A stretch of DNA of 64,000 nucleotides from Bugula neritina (taxonomy: Eukaryota; Animalia; Bryozoa), in contig OZ037769.1 of assembly GCA_964035545.1 (NCBI GenBank), positions 16,026,633 to 16,090,632 of the forward strand. The letters run 5' to 3'. Of the stretch, positions 54,701-64,000 are shown one piece after another (within the stretch, counting starts at the first letter, position 1; every line of letters begins with the position of its first letter). A program made the translations under genes and the position numbers. Below the pieces are notes generated by a model. The model ran no database searches. It had not been told where the DNA came from and was given only the letters and a program-made list of their open reading frames with translations.

Positions 54701-57087
54701 TTGTAATATTGTTAAACAAGAGTTAACAGTAAGATTGGCTGTAGAGTAGAATGTTTAGCTGTTTGTACTGAAGCTAACAAGTAACTGGCATTAAAAAGAG
54801 ATGTAGATAAAAAGTGACAGAATAACAACTGGCTTGTATATTGGTAGTGCAAAAATCTGTATATAACAGTTTAAACAAATACCCATTAGAATAAATGGTA
54901 ACCCAGTACTTAAAATGTGGTATGTCATAATACATATTTGTGGTGTATTGACTAGGCTAGATCAACACATAGCACTATATAATTGCTTTAGTATTTACAA
55001 TTAGTTTGTGGTCTGGTGGGATTTGTTGATAGCCATTGTCTTTATTAACATAACAGTTTCATAAAATTAGCAGTTTTCCTTATTCACCTAGTTAATTTTT
55101 AAGATTTATGTACAATATTTACATATTAGGATATAAAAAATATCTTCAACCAGTGAATATCAAAATAATGATTAAAGACATATTTTACGTCATATTTTTG
55201 TGGCACTCTAAATAATAAGCTGGTCTAAATTGTACTTGTGCAAACAGAACCAGCTCATGAATATATGTTGTCTTTTTTTAACTTGACAGTTAATCTAATA
55301 TGCATGTGTATTTTATACTTGCTTTTGTGTTTAAGGTGATAAAATTGCACTGGTAAGGTAAATAAACATTGCTTGTTTGGCATGCTTTTGCGTGGCATTG
55401 CATATTATGCTAAACTAATGGCCAGTTTTGCAGTAGCTTCACCATAACCTTCAAAAGAATGCAAATATCGTCTAATTATTGTAAGCTTTTTAAGTTAATT
55501 TGTCTAGCTATAAACACATGTAAAACTATTAGGCTATTCCAATTTCACGATATACATAGCTCTATAATTCTGAAAAACTGCTAGGTAAAGTGGAAATTAA
55601 ACATGATCTATTCATTGCTAAAGTATTACAGCTATGAATAATATATATGTGATTACCTGAGTGATATCACAATCTTCACTTGCTAAGTTAGTTTAAATAC
55701 AGGAAAAAAAATTAATCTGGGGAAAAATTATATATGAGAAGCTGTTTTTGTAATAATTCCCTGCTCTAGAGTGGTTTAGAAGAATTGTTTTAAAGCAAAA
55801 CTTTTGCATACATGAGTTGAATAAAATCATTGAGAGTTTTATGAAGGTCTATTTGTGTATAGGTAGCCCTATGTCACAACTCAAGTTTTTAGATTTTATG
55901 TGATTTGTGGTGCAAAGTTGCAAATAAAAACCTTATTTTAATAATACTTAGACATATGCAAGCAATAAAGATAATGAAAAAAATGCTATAGTTGCTAATT
56001 AGCTAATATTACTTGCATATGATGCAAATATTTGTATGCATGCATGTTTAGTTTATTAGCATTGGTTAGATATAATTGAATATATATAGATTTGATGTGG
56101 AAATAGAGGAGTTTCAGACATCCCTCTAGAGTGGTTTGTATTTTAAAGTTGTCTCCCCCTACAGGGATTTGGGGCAGTCTCGATGATATATAGAAGGCCC
56201 ATAAAATCAGTAGAAATGTAAGGTTTGAGTGAAGACCATTACCAGTATATGTTTCATTTTTTCTGAGATTGATATTTTGGCATAAGCACACATATGAGCA
56301 GTTTCAGAATTTTTTTAAAAAATTTTGTTATTGATAAATTTCAGAAAAAGAAAACTTCAAAGCATATTTGTGGTTTTGGTTATTGAGCAAATCTGAAGCT
56401 GGCAGCTGTCATATTACCATTTGTTTTGCTGAGTGTAACCAGCCTGTTTAGAGCTGCTATAACCTTTCAACTCTTAGAACAATAATAACATGCTCTTACG
56501 CTGCACTAGTGGGCTCTGTCTTGCTGAACTCCAAATGCTCCAAATTATGGGTTGGAACACATGCCTGTACATGCCACATAAAGGCACTGGGTCATTTGTA
56601 TTAACATGTTCACTACTTACAACACCTATACTATGAAAATAACTAAGCCACTCTAATATCTAATATTTCTATCAAAAATAAAGATATGTATTAAAACAGA
56701 TAGATTAAACTTGTAATTTTAAACAATGTCTTATTTAAAAATGCCAAACACTGTATAACTATATATATGCTTTGTAAGCATATGTTTCCATGGCATGCCT
56801 GCAAGACAAGAAAAATATTTAGAGAACAGTAAAAAGAAGCATATAAATTTCAGAACAGTTTCTTTTTTCCTGAGATGAATATTATGGAAATGTCCCACAA
56901 TTCAACATTTAAATTAAGTCTGTAAAATAATTTTCACAGTGTATTTTCAATAAATAATACTTCTTGCAAGCTAGTTTGTGTTTGTTATGGTATGCCACTT
57001 TACAGTGGTCTAGTTAACTAGGTCAAAGTTCATTCAGCAGTGCAATGCAATTAACCCAACACACTTCCATTGTACACATTAGCAAAC

Positions 57088-58607
<1,520 letters not shown>

Positions 58608-58673
58608 TAGCAAACAGGTCATAATACAGCTAGAAATCAGACAGAAACCTTACGCAGCATTTAATTTTCTAAA

Positions 58674-58871
58674 ATGGATGCTAGCCAAACTAATAATTGC
58701 AACTTAGTGAAAGATGATCTGATTGCTTTAACAGAGGTTAAAACTTGGAATATTGAAGCTCTGAAAGACTTTTGCAGAAAAAGAGGTTACAAGATTACTG
58801 GTTCAAAGGATGAGCTTAGAGCTCATGTATATTTTCTTTATAACAATCAAATAAGAGTTGAAAGGTTATAG
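58674..58871 (+). pseudogene. Truncated SAP-domain-like ORF running into the right TIR
   Basis: WNIEALKDFCRKRGYKITGSKDELRAHV fits the SAP pattern (LK..C+.RG...G.K.EL). Confidence 0.6.
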
Positions 58872-61278
58872 CAGCTCTAAACAGGCTGGTTACACTCAGC
58901 AAAACAAATGATAATATGACAGCTGCCAGCTTCAGATTTGCTCAATAACCAAAACCACAAATATGCTTTGAAGTTTTCTTTTTCTGAAATTTATCAATAA
59001 CAAAATTTTTTAAAAAAATTCTGAAACTGCTCATATGTGTGCTTATGCCAAAATATCAATCTCAGAAAAAATGAAACATATACTGGTAATGGTCTTCACT
59101 CAAACCTTACATTTCTACTGATTTTATGGGCCTTCTATATATCATCGAGACTGCCCCAAATCTCTGTAGGGGGAGACAACTTTAAAATACAAACCACTCT
59201 AGAGGGATGTCTGAAACTCCTCTATTGAAGAAAATCAATATGTTGTGTTCTATATACAACAACAGTTTTTACATTGGTTTGTTAATTACTTCATAAATCA
59301 TTTATTACTTCATGCAATATTTGTTCCTGCAATTTTGCAGAGTGGCAAAATGCATTTCAAAGACATATATTAAGTGATTTTAATTATACTAGAATTTTCA
59401 AACTAAGAATTTTTGGGGAGTTTTCTTCTTCCTAAGACATATGTGGCAATTGAACACATAATAAGTTGTAGGCCACAACTCCTTTATACAACCTTGCAAG
59501 AAATTATGCAGCCATTTAAATAGAAAAGGAATTATTGAATTTATTTATTCAACATTATTAGTATTTTATAAATATTTGTTGCATTTAATTAATGAGCATA
59601 AAATTTGTTTTACAAATACTGTAATTAACAGCATATGATAAAAATATATTATATATACTGGTATATATTTTGTATTGTATTAGATTTAGGCTACATTGCT
59701 AATTAAAATGAGTTAATGGCTAAGTTTAAATATCTTCGACTTATAGATTACATTTTTATGTGCTATAAAAATTTAACTCGTTTGTTACGACATTTCTCCA
59801 TGCATAAAAGCAAAACTTACGGCAAGAAATCCTTAGCTAGAAAGATAAATAATAATTTACTTTAATTACATCAAAAGCTAATATCAGCAAGCATTCTATA
59901 AATAATGGGAATTTACCTAGTGTAATTTTTCTTAAACTAGCTAAGCTTGCTTGGTACTTTAATAAGTTTATTGGCATAGTGTATTATGTTATACTTATAT
60001 ATTTTTAAGACTTTAAGGAAAATGATGTTTTAGCTGCGTTATTCCTAATGCAAGCCTTATAAATTTACAATATATACTAAAATATTATATTTGTAATTAG
60101 AAAGAAAACAAATTACTTTCATAAACTTATAATTATTGCATTCTGTTATTGTTAATGCTAGAATAACAAATTGAACACGGCATATGCTTCCCTAACCAGA
60201 TTCTTTTAAACGGATTAAAAATAATTTGTCAATTTCTAATTATGAGGAACAAACTCCTCGGTAGTTTCTACATTTGCGCATGATTTTATCAAAATAGGCT
60301 TGCTTTTGTGTCAACCTGTAGCCAGTGCAACTATACTTTATGTAACGAGTAAAACAGACTCATTTCAAAGTACACAGTCTAAAGGGTAGGAATTACTACA
60401 AAGAAAAGTGCCGGTTAAAAGTTAATTATAATTGGAAATAAGGTGAAATATCAGTCAGAAATTAAAAAGTGTCAACTAAAAAGGTGTATTGTTATTTCTT
60501 TTTGGCTTAATGAAAATGTTTTTTGAGGAAGAAGTACGAGAAACATCTAGGAGGGGTTCATATCCACCACTGGCGACTACCTGTTTATTGATGAAGAACT
60601 ATCCAATGATAGTACAGTATTATGGTCTTTTGCCTTATAATTGGCTTTGATTTTTTTATGTCTAATTACGAGATACTAAACAGATGCAAAGTATGTTGTG
60701 CATAGGCAGTTTTTTTATGTCTCTAAACAACATTCTAGGAAAATATATACTGGCATAGAGATGCTTCTTATAGAAAGTTAATTCAGCATGAAACAAATTA
60801 GCTCCTTGGAATGTGGTGTGTTGATAAGAATTAAAGAGAATAGAAATGTAACCTGATATGGCAATTTAAAATAGCAAGTAAATATAACAATGCATAATAT
60901 ATTATAGCAGTTTAATATAACGATTTATTATAGCAAGATATAAATATATATAACAGTTGATAGAAATTGAAGCCATTTTATTATTTTCATCAGCCTCTGC
61001 TTATATCCCACAGTTACTTGCTTTATTTTAAATTGAGAGAGATGAGTTTGTTATTTATTGTACTTTTCTAATATTTCTTGTATGATGTAAATTCTTCTTT
61101 CTGTTTAATATACACATACTATTAGTTCAACATGATTTGATTTACAAAATGATTTTTCGTTCACATTTAACTGCTCAGTTTAACTATTGTCAACAACTGT
61201 CTATATTATGTAACCTTTGCATACTCCAAACAAAACAATTTTAATCTATGATCTTTCACAGTCTGTAATTACTCATAC

Positions 61279-61397
61279 CTCTAGTGCATGAGAATTGCAC
61301 TGAGAACAAAGATTTCTTTTTGAAGTTCTCATGTTCACTGCATACCAGCTTATAGTCATAGAAATGTTGTGTTCTGTGATGATAAAGAAGATCCAAA
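61279..61397 (-). CDS. Candidate exon (duplicate of 63441-63558), product unknown
   Basis: Acceptor cattcag, donor GAG|gtatgagt, 119 bp, open: LDLLYHHRTQHFYDYKLVCSEHENFKKKSLFSVQFSCTR. Confidence 0.4.
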
Positions 61398-62608
61398 CTG
61401 AATGAATAGTAACTTGATATTCTATTATCATCATATAACATCTTCAATTAATTTATTTCTGTAACATTCATTGTATATTGCACTCTAGTATTTAACTCAT
61501 TAACATACATGTTATTTTCATAGACTGTTGAATCCATAGAGACTGTTGAAGGTTACAGAGACAGTAGAGTTCTAAAGAGACATAAAATATACACTTCTGT
61601 ATAGAAAGAGTTATATTAAGTTATAACTTATATATTAAACTATATTAATTTATGAGGACATACTACATTGTAATCTGTTGAATGGTAAGTTACTATATTA
61701 TTATGATATGAAGGTGGTGTTATCTTTTATACTATTTTAAATAGTTATTCTTATATCCAAAATACATACATAATAATTTTATTATATATTTATGCAGTAA
61801 GGGCTTGTATATATATATATATATATATATTAATGGCATGCGCTATAATATACATGCAGATTACAGAATGTATAAATAATACTCACCAACATTTACTATA
61901 TAATATATTATAATTTACTTGTTATTGTTAGATTAAAGTGAATTAATTATTACTAGTAACCATGGCAACTCCAGCAGAAGATGTACAGCACACAGGTTTG
62001 AGTCTCTTTCAGAAAAAGATGTGAAAACTAACTGGAGTAACACAAAACTGGCATAAATATTTCAAGGTAAATGTTTACATATTTTGGCACTTAACTATAA
62101 AATATATAATATAACTGCAGACATATGCAGTACAATATATTATAAGTATATAGGGCGTAATATTTTGAACCTATAAATATATAAAATACACTTTTCAAAA
62201 CATACTAAGCTTGGCAAAAGATTTAAGTTTAAGCTCTCCATCCTCATGAAAACACAAGATGGTAAAAGTTGTTAATTGGTAGCTAAACACTTGATATTAT
62301 TGAAACAGGAAATCTCTGCACAGTTAGTTTCTCTTTTAACCTGTCGGAATTTGAACCTATAGGTAATGACCTAATTATGTTATTATATGCTGGAAAACTT
62401 ACCAATAAGCTACAAAGTGTCACTCCAGATATAGACGCTTCCCAGTTAGACGCTATTTATTTATTCTAGTATAATATATATTTTATATTTAAATATACTT
62501 TGATTATTTGCTTGTTATTTAGAACACAATTAATTTTTTTTACTTCCATTACCTTTTTAATTTTGAATTTTCTATACTCATGCATTGTTGTTTGAAAAGA
62601 TATTTTGT

Positions 62609-62865
62609 TAATGCTGCAAGTAGGTGTGTTATGCTGTACATACATATTATATACTGAGTAAAATGCTGCAAGCAGGTATGTTATGCTGTACATACATATT
62701 ATACACTGAGTAAAATGCTGCAAGCAGGTATGTTATGCTGTACATACATATTATACACTGAGTAATGCTGCAAGTAGGTGTGTTATGCTGTACATACATA
62801 TTATATATACTGAGTAATGCTGCAAGTAGGTGTGTTATGCTGTACATACATATTATATACTGAGT
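62609..62865. repeat. About 50-bp minisatellite, 5 copies
   Basis: Unit AATGCTGCAAGTAGGTGTGTTATGCTGTACATACATATTATATACTGAGT with small variants. Confidence 0.92.
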
Positions 62866-63440
62866 ATAATGTTTGTACCACTAAACAGAGTCTCAGCTCT
62901 TGGAACTTCCAAAGTTTTTTTGGGACATGATGTGACAGCAGAGTCACATACATTAGTTTCATGTAGTATTTATGACCAACACTTTAGCTCTAAATGATGG
63001 TGGAAATAATACATTCCTCTAAACATATAGGATGATATAATTTATTACATTCTTTAGCCTTTGAAATCCTACATTTGCATGAATGCATGAAGTTGCTTCT
63101 TTCAGAAAGCTGATGAGGTATAGAGATGCTTTAGCTCCTTGGAATGGAGTAATAATCTAAATGAATAGTAATTTGATATTCTTTTATTATACAATCTGAT
63201 ATAATCTTCAACTCATTGTAATGTCCCATTATTTCTTACATTTTCTCTTCTCTATCAACATACCATACATAGTTGCACAGTCATTGTGCCATAAGCAGTT
63301 CTAAGCATCACCATGTTATTATAAAGTGAACTTCCATCACATTAAGCTGCTGTACCAACAATTGTCTACATTAAGTAATCTATACATACCTCCAAACAAA
63401 ACATTATCTCTATGATCTTTCACAGTCTGTAAACTCATAC

Positions 63441-63558
63441 CTCTAGTGCATGAGAATTGCACTGAGAAATATATTTCTTTTTGAAATTCTCATGTTCATT
63501 ACATACCAGTTTATACTCATAGAAATGTTGTGTTCTGTGATGATAAAGAAGATACAAA
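63441..63558 (-). CDS. Candidate exon (duplicate of 61279-61397), product unknown
   Basis: Acceptor cattcag, donor GAG|gtatgagt, 118 bp, open: LYLLYHHRTQHFYEYKLVCNEHENFKKKYISQCNSHALE. Confidence 0.45.
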
Positions 63559-64000
63559 CTGAATGAATAGTAGCTTGATGCTTTATCATCATGTAACATC
63601 TTCTTGTTTAATCTCTCAATACTCAGTTGAACATATATTCACCAAAACGTATTATTATGATATTTTTGTGTGTTGAGTTTATTACTATTCCACATGTAAA
63701 ATAAGCTAAAGTATTGAAATACAATAAATAATATGACGTGCAAAAATAAAGCTATATAAGGTATTAAAAGCAATTTAGGTATAAGAAGCCATCAAAACTA
63801 CATTTGCCTCCATGATGGTGCTATATAGTTCTGGTTGGTTTTGAAAATGTGCGAGCTATGGGTTTGCACATATAATAATGTATTTTTCTAAAAATATGGA
63901 GCTTACATTGTTTGGAAGTTATAAGTTTATAGCTGGAAGCATGGCTGATGGTCTTCCATGCATGTAAACTCATTGCTTATACCTTCTTCTTGGAGGTTAA

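Noticed and set aside
55995-56291. Duplicated ORF MCLCQNINL... (also 59037-59228)
   Set aside because: It arises from the TIR sequence, runs out into flanking DNA and has no recognisable domain.

Overview
AT-rich eukaryotic (metazoan-like) DNA made almost entirely of nested transposable elements, probably inside an intron of a minus-strand host gene (candidate exons at 571-729 and 61.3-64 kb). The main structure is a roughly 20-kb hAT-type DNA element inserted, in opposite orientation, into another copy of itself. The outer copy spans 8372-60752 (8-bp TSD GCATAGAG) and the inner copy spans 31224-50596 (8-bp TSD CACATATG). This gives an A-B-A'-B' pattern of large inverted repeats. Both copies carry a decayed hAT transposase and an old R4/Dong-like non-LTR relic. 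Only the outer copy holds the later insertions: an AT-core foldback/MITE (two copies, 8-bp TSDs), a 372-bp-TIR element with a SAP-like ORF, and a young Ty3/gypsy retrotransposon. The gypsy element has 306-bp LTRs, a tRNA-Leu PBS, a -1 frameshift signal, and an unexpected spliced third gene encoding a C2H2 zinc-finger protein. A full-length RTE-type LINE with a 13-bp TSD lies at 1790-5719. All alignments and motif matches were made by eye; no database search was run.
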